This document shows, piece after piece, positions 31,833 through 41,156 of a stretch of 64,000 bases of DNA. Below the pieces are notes generated by a model that saw only the letters and a program-made list of their open reading frames with translations, did no database searches and had not been told where the DNA came from. The DNA lies in the NCBI GenBank assembly GCA_965207385.1, contig CBDBLZ010000021.1:641205-705204 (forward strand), written 5' to 3'. The position numbers and the translations under genes are program-made. This stretch comes from Rhodothermales bacterium. Lineage in GTDB: Bacteria > Bacteroidota > Rhodothermia > Rhodothermales > Bin80. Each line of letters begins with the position of its first letter. Positions within the stretch are counted from its first letter, which is position 1.

Positions 31833-32686
31833 TGTTGTCGCCACACTCCGTTCGCAGGCGCTCCTTCGGCTCCGGCTCGCTCAAGGGGCGACGCCTGGAA
31901 ATTCACAAGCTGATTTTCGGGGGTGACAGCCCGCAAGGCAGGCTCTTTGACGAACTGCTCATAGTGGTCATCCTGGCGAGTGTGGCCGCGGTCATGCTGG
32001 AGAGCGTGGAGACGTTTGGGACGCGCTTCCATTCGGCTCTGATCTGGATGGAGTGGGGCTTTACGATCATCTTTACCGTCGAATACGCGCTGCGACTGGC
32101 GTGCGTCGGACGTCCGCTTCAGTACGCGCGAAGCTTCTACGGAATCATCGATCTGCTCGCCGTGCTGCCGACCTACCTGTCACTCGTGTTGCCCGGTGCT
32201 CATGCGCTGCTGGTCATCCGGCTCCTGCGAATTCTGAGGGTATTTCGCGTCCTGAAGCTTGTAAAGTACCTGACGGAAGCGGACTTCTTGCTTACGGCCC
32301 TGCGCAACAGCCGTCGCAAGATCACCATATTCATACTTGCGGTCCTTACACTGGTTACCATCCTGGGGTCGCTGGTCTACCTGATTGAAGGTGCCGAGAA
32401 CGGATTCGACAACATTCCGCGCAGTGTCTACTGGGCAATCGTGACCCTGACCACGGTTGGATACGGAGACATCTCCCCGCAGACGCCGCTCGGACAGGCG
32501 CTGGCAGCCGTTGTAATGATCATTGGCTATGCCATCATCGCTGTGCCGACGGGAATAGTGACCGCGGAGCTGGCCAAATCTCGCGATTGGGGAGCCGGGC
32601 AAAAGACACGCGTTTGCAGCCGGTGCTATTTTGCCTCGCACGGCAAGGACGCGAAGTTTTGCAGCAAGTGCGGCAAGAAGCTGTAA
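31832..32686 (+). CDS. voltage-gated K+ channel (6TM) with C-terminal zinc-ribbon
   Basis: S4 segment LLVIRLLRILRVFRVLKLVKYL. Selectivity filter TLTTVGYGD. C-terminus CSRCYFASHGKDAKFCSKCGKKL. The ATG overlaps the NUDIX stop by 1 nt. Confidence 0.85.
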   Translation: MLSPHSVRRRSFGSGSLKGRRLEIHKLIFGGDSPQGRLFDELLIVVILASVAAVMLESVETFGTRFHSALIWMEWGFTIIFTVEYALRLACVGRPLQYARSFYGIIDLLAVLPTYLSLVLPGAHALLVIRLLRILRVFRVLKLVKYLTEADFLLTALRNSRRKITIFILAVLTLVTILGSLVYLIEGAENGFDNIPRSVYWAIVTLTTVGYGDISPQTPLGQALAAVVMIIGYAIIAVPTGIVTAELAKSRDWGAGQKTRVCSRCYFASHGKDAKFCSKCGKKL

Positions 32687-32893
32687 GTGGCACGGCCTGT
32701 AGACAGCCAAGACCTTCCTCGACCGCCCGGCTGTTCTACGCATGGCAGGCAGCGTAATCGGCAGCCGCTCTCAAGCGGCGCTTAGAGCAGCTCCTGACGC
32801 AGCCGGCACATTTGAGGCAGGTCCGCCTGGCACGTGCCGATTGCATCCACGGCACTGATTCAGCACAGTGCGTGTTACGGCGGCAGGTTACGG

Positions 32894-35464
32894 TTACTGC
32901 AGGACGATTTCGGAGGCGGGCGCGCGGTGATTGTACGAACTGCTCATAACCCGGCCATAGGCGCCGGCCGTGGCGATAAGCAGGACATCTCCTTCACGCG
33001 TCTCTGGCAGTCTACGGCCGCGTCCCAGTATGTCGCCCGTCTCACAAATGGGTCCCACCACGTCCGCCGTCATGGCCGCAGGCGCGGCCAGTCGCGTAAG
33101 GTTTACTATGGCATGGTACGAACCGTACAGGGCTGGCCGGATCAGGGAATTCATGCCGGTATCGACGCCGATATAGTAATGAGCGCCTTTTCGCTTTACC
33201 TGCGTAACGCGGACCAGCAGGACGCCGGCCTCCGCCACCAGATATCTGCCCGGCTCCATCCATAGAGCAAGTCCTTCGTGGGCATTCTTGAATCGCTCCA
33301 GATTTTCCCCAAGTGCTTGAAGGTCGAGGGGCAGGGTCCCCGGATATTCCGGCACTCCCAGGCCTCCGCCAATGTTCACGAGTCGCACCTCGGGAAAGAG
33401 GTCCACCAGGGAAGACAGAAAAAAAGCCGTTTCCGACCATGTTTCCGGCACGAGGATACCGCTTCCCACATGTGCATGCAGGCCTATGATGCGTAGGTCG
33501 ACGCTTCGGGCCAACTGGCGCAGCCTCGGCAACGTAGCGGGTGATACCCCGAATTTCGTCTGGGCTCCTGCCGTTCGCACGTGCTGGTGGTGGCCTTGCC
33601 CCCGACCCGGATCCACGCGAACAATGACCTCCCTGGACTCGAAAAGCTCGGGCCAGAGTTCAAGCGGCCTTACACTGTCCAGCGTAACGAAGCCTGCGTG
33701 CGCAAAACCCTCAGCGTATTCTTCCCGTGGCACGAGATTGGGCGTAAAGAGAATCCGGCTCGTCTCAAGATCGGGATAGATATCGCGGATGTGTTCGAGC
33801 TCGCCCGGCGAAACGCATTCGAAGCCGAGTCCGGCCCGGTGAAAGACGTCGAGGACTTCTCTTTGACCGCAGGCCTTGACTGCGTAAAAGCAGCGGTCAA
33901 TGGCCTTGATGCTGAGCAGCCGCTGGGCGCTGTCCTGCAGCGTGGGCGCATCATACACGAACGCCGGCGTAGGCAGGCGCAGCAATTCTGCGCGGCGGAT
34001 GTGCCACCATGGAGAGGTGACAGCGGGCATGTCCGCTTCCTGCAACTCCCGGTAGGTTGGGCCAAACGGACCCTGGGCGCCGACGGTGGCAAACACATGC
34101 GAGTGCAGCTTGCTGACCAGTCGCTCGGCATGCTTTTCGGTGACCACGAAGGTAAGGTTCAAATCGCTTGCCGCCTGCGTCACCAGCAAGACCTGCTGCT
34201 CCTCCAGTACCTGAAGCGCAGGGCCGAGCTCGTGCAGAACGCTTCGAAGCTGCCGGCCAACGAGACTGACGGACGCGCATGGACCGATTATCCTGGGCTG
34301 ACAAAGGGATTCAAGCTTTTGCATTAGGGCCTTAAGCGTTCCGGATTCCGGTTCAGCTCCACGGACGGGATCAATGGAAACAGTCACGTTTGATTCGGAA
34401 GTCGCTACCAGTCCGACGGACAGGCCGAAGCGCTCAAAGGCAGCGAAGATCCGGGCCAGGAACCCCACCTGGTGCCACATTCGGGGAGTTTCCATGGATA
34501 CAAGCGTCAGGCCGGTCCGCATGGAAATGGCCTTGACATGGGCTCCGTGCCCGGGCACAGAGTCTGAAATGAGCGTGCCCGGGCTCTCGGGGTTGTCGGT
34601 ATGCCGCAGATGCAGCGGAATTCTCTGGGCCCTTACAGGGTCCAGGCATCGGGGGTGGAGCACTTCAGCCCCTGTGCTGGCCAGTTCCTGCGCTTCTTCG
34701 TAGTCCAGGTAACGAAGGAGCCGCGCCGCCGGAATTCGCCGCGGATCCGCTGTAAACATTCCTGGCACGTCTGTCCAGATCTCCAGCCGCCGGGCCTGAA
34801 GCTTCGCTGCGAAATAGGCCGCCGACGTGTCCGAGCCTCCCCAGCCCAGGAGCACGGTCTGCCCGCGGCCATTGCCCGCGATGAATCCCTGGGTGAGTGC
34901 GATTTGGCAGCCACTCAGCTCTAACTGCAAATCGGGGTCCGGCTCAGCGGCGCAGCTGGCCGCCAGAAATTCCCGGTGCGCCGCCGTTCGGGGCTCATCC
35001 GTGGAGCTGAGCAGCGTGCGTGCATCCAGCCATGTTGTCGAGAGTCCCTGGCCGTTGAGATAGGCGGCAGCCAGGCGCGTGATCAGAAGCTCGCCGACTG
35101 CGAGTACGCGGGCGCGCGTCGCGGGACTGGATTCCGCAGTCAGGCCTATGCCAAGCGAGAGCCGGTCCAGCTCGCTCAAGTATGGTGCAAGGAGCTCTTC
35201 CCCATCCAGACCCAGGTGCCGCGCGAGTTCGAAATGCCGGGACTTGATCCAGCGCTTTTCTTGCTGGCCGTCGCCAGCCTGCACAGCTCGTATAAGTTCT
35301 TCCAGTCTACGCGAGACGTTGGCGAGCGCCGCAAAAACAAGAAACGGGCGCTCCCCGCGTGCAACGCATGCACGTATTATACCGGCAATCGTTTGCCACT
35401 GTGCGTGCGTGGCAACGCTTGTGCCTCCGAACTTGAGCACGACCCAGGAATCCACATTGGTCAT
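32894..35464 (-). CDS. bifunctional aspartokinase / diaminopimelate decarboxylase
   Basis: The N-terminal half has VVLKFGGTSVA..WGGSDTSAAYFA..LHPRC plus ACT-like repeats. The C-terminal half is PLP-decarboxylase-like (FYAVKACG..HAHVGSG..GGGLG..CETGD). Start set at MTNVDSWVVLKFGG; the ORF extends to 35614. Confidence 0.85.
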   Translation of the reverse strand: MTNVDSWVVLKFGGTSVATHAQWQTIAGIIRACVARGERPFLVFAALANVSRRLEELIRAVQAGDGQQEKRWIKSRHFELARHLGLDGEELLAPYLSELDRLSLGIGLTAESSPATRARVLAVGELLITRLAAAYLNGQGLSTTWLDARTLLSSTDEPRTAAHREFLAASCAAEPDPDLQLELSGCQIALTQGFIAGNGRGQTVLLGWGGSDTSAAYFAAKLQARRLEIWTDVPGMFTADPRRIPAARLLRYLDYEEAQELASTGAEVLHPRCLDPVRAQRIPLHLRHTDNPESPGTLISDSVPGHGAHVKAISMRTGLTLVSMETPRMWHQVGFLARIFAAFERFGLSVGLVATSESNVTVSIDPVRGAEPESGTLKALMQKLESLCQPRIIGPCASVSLVGRQLRSVLHELGPALQVLEEQQVLLVTQAASDLNLTFVVTEKHAERLVSKLHSHVFATVGAQGPFGPTYRELQEADMPAVTSPWWHIRRAELLRLPTPAFVYDAPTLQDSAQRLLSIKAIDRCFYAVKACGQREVLDVFHRAGLGFECVSPGELEHIRDIYPDLETSRILFTPNLVPREEYAEGFAHAGFVTLDSVRPLELWPELFESREVIVRVDPGRGQGHHQHVRTAGAQTKFGVSPATLPRLRQLARSVDLRIIGLHAHVGSGILVPETWSETAFFLSSLVDLFPEVRLVNIGGGLGVPEYPGTLPLDLQALGENLERFKNAHEGLALWMEPGRYLVAEAGVLLVRVTQVKRKGAHYYIGVDTGMNSLIRPALYGSYHAIVNLTRLAAPAAMTADVVGPICETGDILGRGRRLPETREGDVLLIATAGAYGRVMSSSYNHRAPASEIVLQ

Positions 35465-35788
35465 GCGCTGTCCAGACGATGACGCCGAATCGGTCGCCGA
35501 CATGCTGCTTGAAGATGCTTTTTCCACGCTGGCCGAAAAAGCTTTCCCAACCCAGCTAGCGCCGACTTTGTTCAATCTTGATCGGGACACGGATCCCTGT
35601 TGCGCCCGCACCAATGCTGCGGACTCGCGCCGGCACTTTCGGCGGATTTATCCTGACGCTACGTGTCTCGCCCGGAGTAATTCCTGCTGCCAGAGGCGCC
35701 GAGCCCATAGGGCTGCCGATTCTCGGGCGCGGCGGTTATGGCAAAGGCCCGGCTGTAAGCCTTTGTTTTAGATGGGAGGGCGGCGAGC

Positions 35789-35849
35789 TTCGTGCACAGT
35801 TCCGTGCACGCGCCAATTGGCGCGCGCCGAGATCTTGGCTTCCGTGCAC
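35789..35849. repeat. three TTC(C)GTGCAC repeats flanking a perfect 16-nt palindrome CGCGCCAATTGGCGCG (35809-35824)
   Basis: Read directly. Repeat copies start at 35789, 35800 and 35840. The site is intergenic, upstream (minus-strand sense) of the lysC-lysA fusion. Confidence 0.5.
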
Positions 35850-36130
35850 TCTTTATGAGATGCGTTTGCTGCCGTTGTGGCAACGCGTCATGCGGACCGC
35901 AGATTCGTAAAATCCCGGATCCATCCCTTACTGCCAATACCGTTGAATTGACCGTGCCCCCGGCATGGGGCAAGTGAACGCCCGGTGGGTCCGAGTCGCT
36001 GCGCGGCAGCGCTCGACAGGGGCGCCGAGATTCGGGTCGTAGCGCCGTAGCGCGTTCGGACAGTCGATTGATCCACACCTAGCGGGTGCCTGGCTTGAGA
36101 ACAAAGCGCCGTGATTCGCCGCACCTGTGC

Positions 36131-37867
36131 CTAAACGCTCACACTGCTCGTACGGGTTTGACCGCGGACTGCGAGCCGAAACGCCGTCAGACTCTCGGCA
36201 ATCCCATCCCCGGCGTGACGGAATTCCTCGGGGATGGCGCGCTGGTGCGCCTTTGCACGTTGCAGCGCTTCCTGAACGAACTCGTCTGAAATCGCTGGTG
36301 TACCGTCAGACCCCGAACTGACTTCATTGAGCGATGCCAACTCCGATTTCAGGTACGCCTTGAATTCCCGCAAGACCGTCTGCTGACGCGTGAGCTTCTC
36401 GCAGTGATAGCCCATGGCGGCGAGGCGGATTGCCAGTGGCAACAATCGCGGATGCTCCTTGGAGACCTTGGCGATGTAGCGTGAAAACACTGGCAACTGG
36501 TTCGGTGTTAGGCGCCTCCGGATCCCCATGATGCTCAAATAGAGCAGGTGTTCGCTAACCGGTTTGTACAGGTGCGGCACCGGATTGAGATTTTCCAGGA
36601 GGGTCAGGCAGCGGTCGAAATAATTCTCCAGCGTTGAATCGTAGATGGTTCCGACGACCCGCAGGTATCCTTTCACCAGCGTCGCCGGATCCATCTGCGG
36701 CTTGAAGTTCAGGGCAGTAGCATCGATTTCGACGGGTTTGTCCAACAACCGGTTCTCACGTTCCAGCCTTGCCCACAGGTTCGTTCCCTTGAGCGCGGTC
36801 AGCAGCCCGACCAGCGCGATAGGAATGCCTGTCTCCTGTATGAATTCGATCTGGGAGTCGAAAGCATTGTCGTCGTCGTCATCGAGACCGAGGATGAAGC
36901 CGCCCATGACCATCATTCCCTTCTGCTGAATCTTGCGCACAGACGCGGACAGGTAGTTGTCGTTGCGCATGTCGAGGTTCTGGGGCTTCTTCATCTTCTT
37001 GAGGGCCTTCGGGTTGGGCGTCTCAATGCCCACGAAAACCGAGTCGAAGCCGGCATTGATCATGTTGTCCATCAGGTCGTTCATCCGGACGAGATTGATG
37101 CTCGCTTCGGTGAACAGCGAATACGGATGGCGACGCTCCCTCTGCCATTCGGCGATCACAGGCAGAAGCCTCGAAACCTCGCGCTTGTTTCCGATGAAAT
37201 TGTCATCGACCAGGAAAAGCGGTCCCCGCCAGCCCAGTTCGTACAGGTGGTCGAACTCGGCTACCATCTGCTCCGGCGTTTTTGTTCGGGACACGCGGCC
37301 GTACAGCTTCGTGATGTCGCAGAACTCGCAGTCGAACGGACATCCCCGCGAGAACTGCAGACACATCGAGTGATACTCGTTCATGTCGATGAGTTCAAAT
37401 CGGGGAACCGGAGACAGGGTCACATCGGGCCTTCTCGGTGCACGATAGACGGCGCGCGCGCTCCCGTTTTCCAGGTCGCGAAGAAAGGGGACGAAGGTCT
37501 CCTCGACCTCGTCGAGCACGAAATGATCGACCCCCTCTATCTCTTCATGAAATGTGGTCGGATGGGGTCCGCCGGCAATCACCGGTACCCGTGCGCGGTT
37601 GCAACGCTCTACGACCTGCTCGAGCGAGGGGCGCTGCGGAATCATGGTCGATGTGAACGCCAGATCCGCCCACTCCAGGTCGTCGTCCTCGAGTGGGGTC
37701 ACGTTGAGATCGACCACGCGCAGGGCGTACCGGGCCGGGAACATGGCGGCGAGGGTGAGCAGGCCGAGCGGAGGAAACGCAGCCTTGATGCCCAGCAGGT
37801 CCAGGGCGTAATTGTTGCCCCAGTAAGTAGGAGGGTGCTTCGGGTATATGAGGAGGGCATTCGGCAT
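36131..37867 (-). CDS. B12-binding domain radical SAM protein (DUF4070-type C-terminus)
   Basis: N-terminal B12-binding-like LLIYPKHPP..GLLTLAAM..VVDLNV. The SAM cluster motif is FSRGCPFDCEFCDITKLYG (CxxxCxxC). Confidence 0.85.
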   Translation of the reverse strand: MPNALLIYPKHPPTYWGNNYALDLLGIKAAFPPLGLLTLAAMFPARYALRVVDLNVTPLEDDDLEWADLAFTSTMIPQRPSLEQVVERCNRARVPVIAGGPHPTTFHEEIEGVDHFVLDEVEETFVPFLRDLENGSARAVYRAPRRPDVTLSPVPRFELIDMNEYHSMCLQFSRGCPFDCEFCDITKLYGRVSRTKTPEQMVAEFDHLYELGWRGPLFLVDDNFIGNKREVSRLLPVIAEWQRERRHPYSLFTEASINLVRMNDLMDNMINAGFDSVFVGIETPNPKALKKMKKPQNLDMRNDNYLSASVRKIQQKGMMVMGGFILGLDDDDDNAFDSQIEFIQETGIPIALVGLLTALKGTNLWARLERENRLLDKPVEIDATALNFKPQMDPATLVKGYLRVVGTIYDSTLENYFDRCLTLLENLNPVPHLYKPVSEHLLYLSIMGIRRRLTPNQLPVFSRYIAKVSKEHPRLLPLAIRLAAMGYHCEKLTRQQTVLREFKAYLKSELASLNEVSSGSDGTPAISDEFVQEALQRAKAHQRAIPEEFRHAGDGIAESLTAFRLAVRGQTRTSSVSV

Positions 37868-37870
37868 GAT

Positions 37871-38490
37871 TCAGCCGGCGCGCGTGCTGCAGGTATGGCC
37901 GGGGACGCCGGCGCCGGGAATATCGCGTTCGCGCAGTCTCTTCATGTCTACTTTGCCGCGCCAGTCCGTTTCGAAATGAAGGGCGGGCCCGAAACGGAAG
38001 CAGAACACATGCCGTACCCAAGCAAGGTCACGTCGTTACATGCCGAGTTGCGGGTGGAAGACCAGATGTTCTTTCCGGCAGAGCGATCGGACGGCAGAAT
38101 CATGGATACGGCTAAAAAAGGGGATCTGTCTGCGTAAGTTCCCGGGTCCCGGTAGCTGTGGTGACCTCGCGGACCCGCTTGTGCCCCACTCGCGGGAGTG
38201 CAAAGACCATCGACTTCGTCTGCCATTGCTCTTCGATTCCGCCTACACGGTGCGCGGTGGATCGCGAAAACATTCTCGACGGCCGGCACGGCGTGCTGCA
38301 CATCGGGATCGGCCCCGGTCCCGGACTGCAAGCTATTCTCCAGAGCGGTCTGCCACGCTTTGGCAAGCGCGCCGTAAGGATACGAACCGGTGCCATAATT
38401 CAAGAGCCTCTTACCGTTCGTCCCACGATTGCCTTCCGTTCCGTGGATGAACCCTAAGAATGGCGGAAGGGAACGCGCCCTGCACGCCAT
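37871..38490 (-). pseudogene. coding-like but frame-broken stretch directly upstream of the radical SAM gene (decayed gene, or a 45-codon ORF at 37871-38008)
   Basis: ORF 37948-38490 shows third-position G/C enrichment (my count about 72% over 61 codons). A different frame then runs GTG(38008)-FCFRFGPALHFETDWRGKVDMKRLRERDIPGAGVPGHTCSTRAG-TGA. That stop ends 3 nt before the radical SAM ATG. Confidence 0.25.
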
Positions 38491-38819
38491 CCCACGCTCG
38501 TTGTGAGATTATATGCGATTACGCGGGATTGCGCAAGAACTCGCGGGAGGACAAAGACGCGTGGCCACTGCCATGCAATACCGTGATACCGAAGATTTGC
38601 AGCCACGCGCGGTCTGGGCTGTTTCTGGCGGCAGGCCCGAGGTCCCAGCAAGAGCTTCAGACTGCAGGCGGGCAGGACCTCTACATTCGCCGTCCTCCGC
38701 AATAGGGAACCGTGGAGTTCGCGGCAGGGATTCGGACCGCGCCGGATGGCTGATTTGCACCTGGCGGAAGTCCTTTGTTCCTTGCAGGAGCATTTCCGCA
38801 AGAAGCCGGAACTGGATGC

Positions 38820-39764
38820 ATGATGAAGCACCGGCGGCGCCTGGCGCTCATACCGGAACTTGAATCCGAGGGGTGGCACCGTGCGGCTGACCTGGCCAGC
38901 CGTTTCGGCGTCAGCATTCGGACCATCTACAGGGACCTGGCCGCGCTGCAGCGCGAAGGACTTCCGGTCATGGCCGTGCCTGGTAGGGGTTATCGTCTGC
39001 AGGCAGACTTCTTCTTGCCTCCCGTAACCTTGACAGCGGATGAAGCGGTGGTGCTCTTACAGGCCATCCACCTGGCAGACAGGCGGAGGGCGATTACCCA
39101 CCAGGCCGCCGCAGAATCGGTTCGCGTCAAGCTCCATTCAGGGCTGCCGGATCGGCTGCAAGAATCGGTACGGAGACTTGAAAACGCCTGGCAGCTGGTT
39201 CCGATCAACCTGTTTGACGATCCCGCGGAACTGATCGGCGTCGAGATCCTGAACCAGGCTCTCGTGGAGCGGCAAGCCATCCGTGGCAAATTGCGTAGCG
39301 GTCGCGCCGTAGACCTCGAACCGTACGCGCTGAGTCACGTCGGTGGCGCCTGGCAGCTTGTAGGCCTGGAGCGCGAAGGGGGTGTGGTGCGTCACTATCG
39401 ACTGGCGGACATTGTGGAATTCCAGCTTCTGGGAGACAGCTTCGAGAGACCGCCGGCTTATCGCCAGGTTACTGTGCCAGAGCCTGCCAGGGAGAAAACA
39501 ACCGTGCGCGTGCAATTCGGGCATCCGGCCGCATACTGTGTCAGACAAGTTCCCTCGCCGTACCTGGAATCCATGGAAGAACTGCCCGAGGGATTGATCC
39601 TGGTGCTGCAAGTAGATCGCGAGGCGGAACTCATGCCATGGCTGTTGAGCTGGGGGGCACATGCACGCGTATTGTCACCAGCCTCGCTCAAGCACAGGCT
39701 GGCTGCGGAGGCGGCCGCAATCGCCGATCGGTACAGGGATGAGCCGGTGCTGCTTCGAATGTAA
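38820..39764 (+). CDS. HTH + WYL domain transcriptional regulator (YafY family)
   Basis: From ATG at 38820: MMKHRRRLALIPELESEGWHRAADLASRFGVSIRTIYRDLAALQREGLPV..GRGYRL. A central WYL-like region precedes a C-terminal WCX-like tail. Confidence 0.8.
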   Translation: MMKHRRRLALIPELESEGWHRAADLASRFGVSIRTIYRDLAALQREGLPVMAVPGRGYRLQADFFLPPVTLTADEAVVLLQAIHLADRRRAITHQAAAESVRVKLHSGLPDRLQESVRRLENAWQLVPINLFDDPAELIGVEILNQALVERQAIRGKLRSGRAVDLEPYALSHVGGAWQLVGLEREGGVVRHYRLADIVEFQLLGDSFERPPAYRQVTVPEPAREKTTVRVQFGHPAAYCVRQVPSPYLESMEELPEGLILVLQVDREAELMPWLLSWGAHARVLSPASLKHRLAAEAAAIADRYRDEPVLLRM

Positions 39765-39776
39765 GGGTAGCTTCTC

Positions 39777-41153
39777 GTGAAGGATCTTTTTGCCGAAGCT
39801 GAAAAGCGCCACCGGTTAAGGGCTGCACCTCTCGCCGACCGCATGCGGCCGCGCGAACTGGGCGAGTTCGAGGGTCAGGAGCGTATTCTGGGCCGCGGGA
39901 AGCTGCTGCGCCGAGCCATCGAGGCCGACAGGATCCGCTCTCTAATACTGTTCGGGCCTCCCGGTACGGGCAAGACCACGCTTGCGCGCGTAATAGCCCG
40001 CACCACGCGTGCGCACTTTGCTACGCTCAATGCGGTAATGTCCGGAGTAAAGGATATTCGTGTTGCGACCGAGCAGGCCGATGAACGGCTGCGCATGCAC
40101 GGCAGGCGCACCATTATGTTTGTAGACGAGGTGCACCGCTTCAACAAGGCCCAACAGGATGCCCTACTGCCAAGTGTCGAAAGCGGGACCATCGTCTTTA
40201 TCGGCGCTACGACGGAGAATCCGTACTTCGAGGTCATAAAGGCGCTGGTGAGCCGATCGCGCGTATTTGAATTCCGGCCCCTGGAAGAAGTCCACCTGAA
40301 GAAGCTGGCGATACGCGCCCTGTCAGATGCACGGGGGTATGCGGACCGGCAGGTCGCACTGGAAGACGAAGCGCTCGAGCACCTGGTCCACACATCGGGA
40401 GGCGACGCTCGCTCGCTGCTCAACGCCTTGGAACTTGCCGTTGAAACGACGCCCCCCGGTCCGGAAGGTACCGTGCACGTTACGCTGGACGTTGCGGAAG
40501 ACAGCATTCAGCAGCGTGCTGTTCTGTATGACCGGGACGGGGATGCCCACTACGATACCATCAGCGCGTTTATCAAGAGTATGAGAGGCAGCGATCCCGA
40601 TGCCGCGCTGTACTGGATGGCACGAATGCTGTATGCAGGGGAAGATCCGCGCTATATCCTGCGCCGGATGCTGGTTTTTGCCGCCGAAGACGTAGGTCTG
40701 GCGGATCCCCGGTGCCTGCAGGTGGCTGCGAGTGCGGCGCAGGCATTCGAATACGTGGGTATGCCCGAGGGCCAGTACCTGCTTGCTGAATGCTGCCTAT
40801 ACCTGGCCACCGCCCCCAAGAGCAATAGTACCAAGGCGTACTTTGGCGCCTTGCGGCACGTAAGGAGCGAGGATGGTGGTGCTGTACCAGATGCTCTCAA
40901 GGATGCTTCGAGGGATAGCTCGGAACTTGGCCATGGAAAGGGATACCGCTACCCCCACGACCATGCCTACCACTACGTGCCTGCTCAGTATCTTCCGTCC
41001 GGCATGCTAGGTACATACTTTTACGAACCGGGCGCAATGGGTTTTGAGAAGTCCATTCGGGACCGGCTGGACTGGTGGCGTAAGCAAGATTTGGAAGCGG
41101 GCCTTGACAAGCGAAGCCGGCACTACTCGGCTGAAAAGCAGCGTGACCAATAG
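39777..41153 (+). CDS. rarA: replication-associated recombination protein A (AAA+ ATPase)
   Basis: LILFGPPGTGKTTLARVIA..MFVDEVHRFNKAQQDALLP..GATTENPYFEV..HYDTISAFIKSMRGSDPDAALYWMARML. Confidence 0.95.
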   Translation: MKDLFAEAEKRHRLRAAPLADRMRPRELGEFEGQERILGRGKLLRRAIEADRIRSLILFGPPGTGKTTLARVIARTTRAHFATLNAVMSGVKDIRVATEQADERLRMHGRRTIMFVDEVHRFNKAQQDALLPSVESGTIVFIGATTENPYFEVIKALVSRSRVFEFRPLEEVHLKKLAIRALSDARGYADRQVALEDEALEHLVHTSGGDARSLLNALELAVETTPPGPEGTVHVTLDVAEDSIQQRAVLYDRDGDAHYDTISAFIKSMRGSDPDAALYWMARMLYAGEDPRYILRRMLVFAAEDVGLADPRCLQVAASAAQAFEYVGMPEGQYLLAECCLYLATAPKSNSTKAYFGALRHVRSEDGGAVPDALKDASRDSSELGHGKGYRYPHDHAYHYVPAQYLPSGMLGTYFYEPGAMGFEKSIRDRLDWWRKQDLEAGLDKRSRHYSAEKQRDQ

Positions 41154-41156
41154 CAC

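Noticed and set aside
35465-35900. Possible lysine riboswitch (L-box) upstream of the lysC-lysA fusion.
   Set aside because: Fragments resembling L-box elements exist: AGAGGCGC and GGAGTAATT on the + strand, and GCCGAAAG on the - strand. They are on inconsistent strands and in the wrong order for the minus-strand leader. A cmscan with Rfam RF00168 would settle it.
37871-38060. The C-terminal GKVDMKRLRE stretch as the tail of an AMP-dependent synthetase/ligase.
   Set aside because: It resembles the ..GKI.RR.LRE ending, and an HPxxG lies upstream in the same frame. However, the spacing is far too short and the frame contains a stop. The evidence is too weak to call.
37127-38137. Long + strand ORFs antisense to well-supported genes. 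Examples are 37127-38137, 27754-29025, 23654-24937 and 24835-26166, plus the - strand ORF 9020-10057.
   Set aside because: They are typical shadow ORFs of a high-GC genome. Their translations are Arg/Pro/Gly-rich with no family motifs, and the opposite strand encodes clearly recognisable proteins (radical SAM, PriA, GGT, RibBA, ThuA-fusion).
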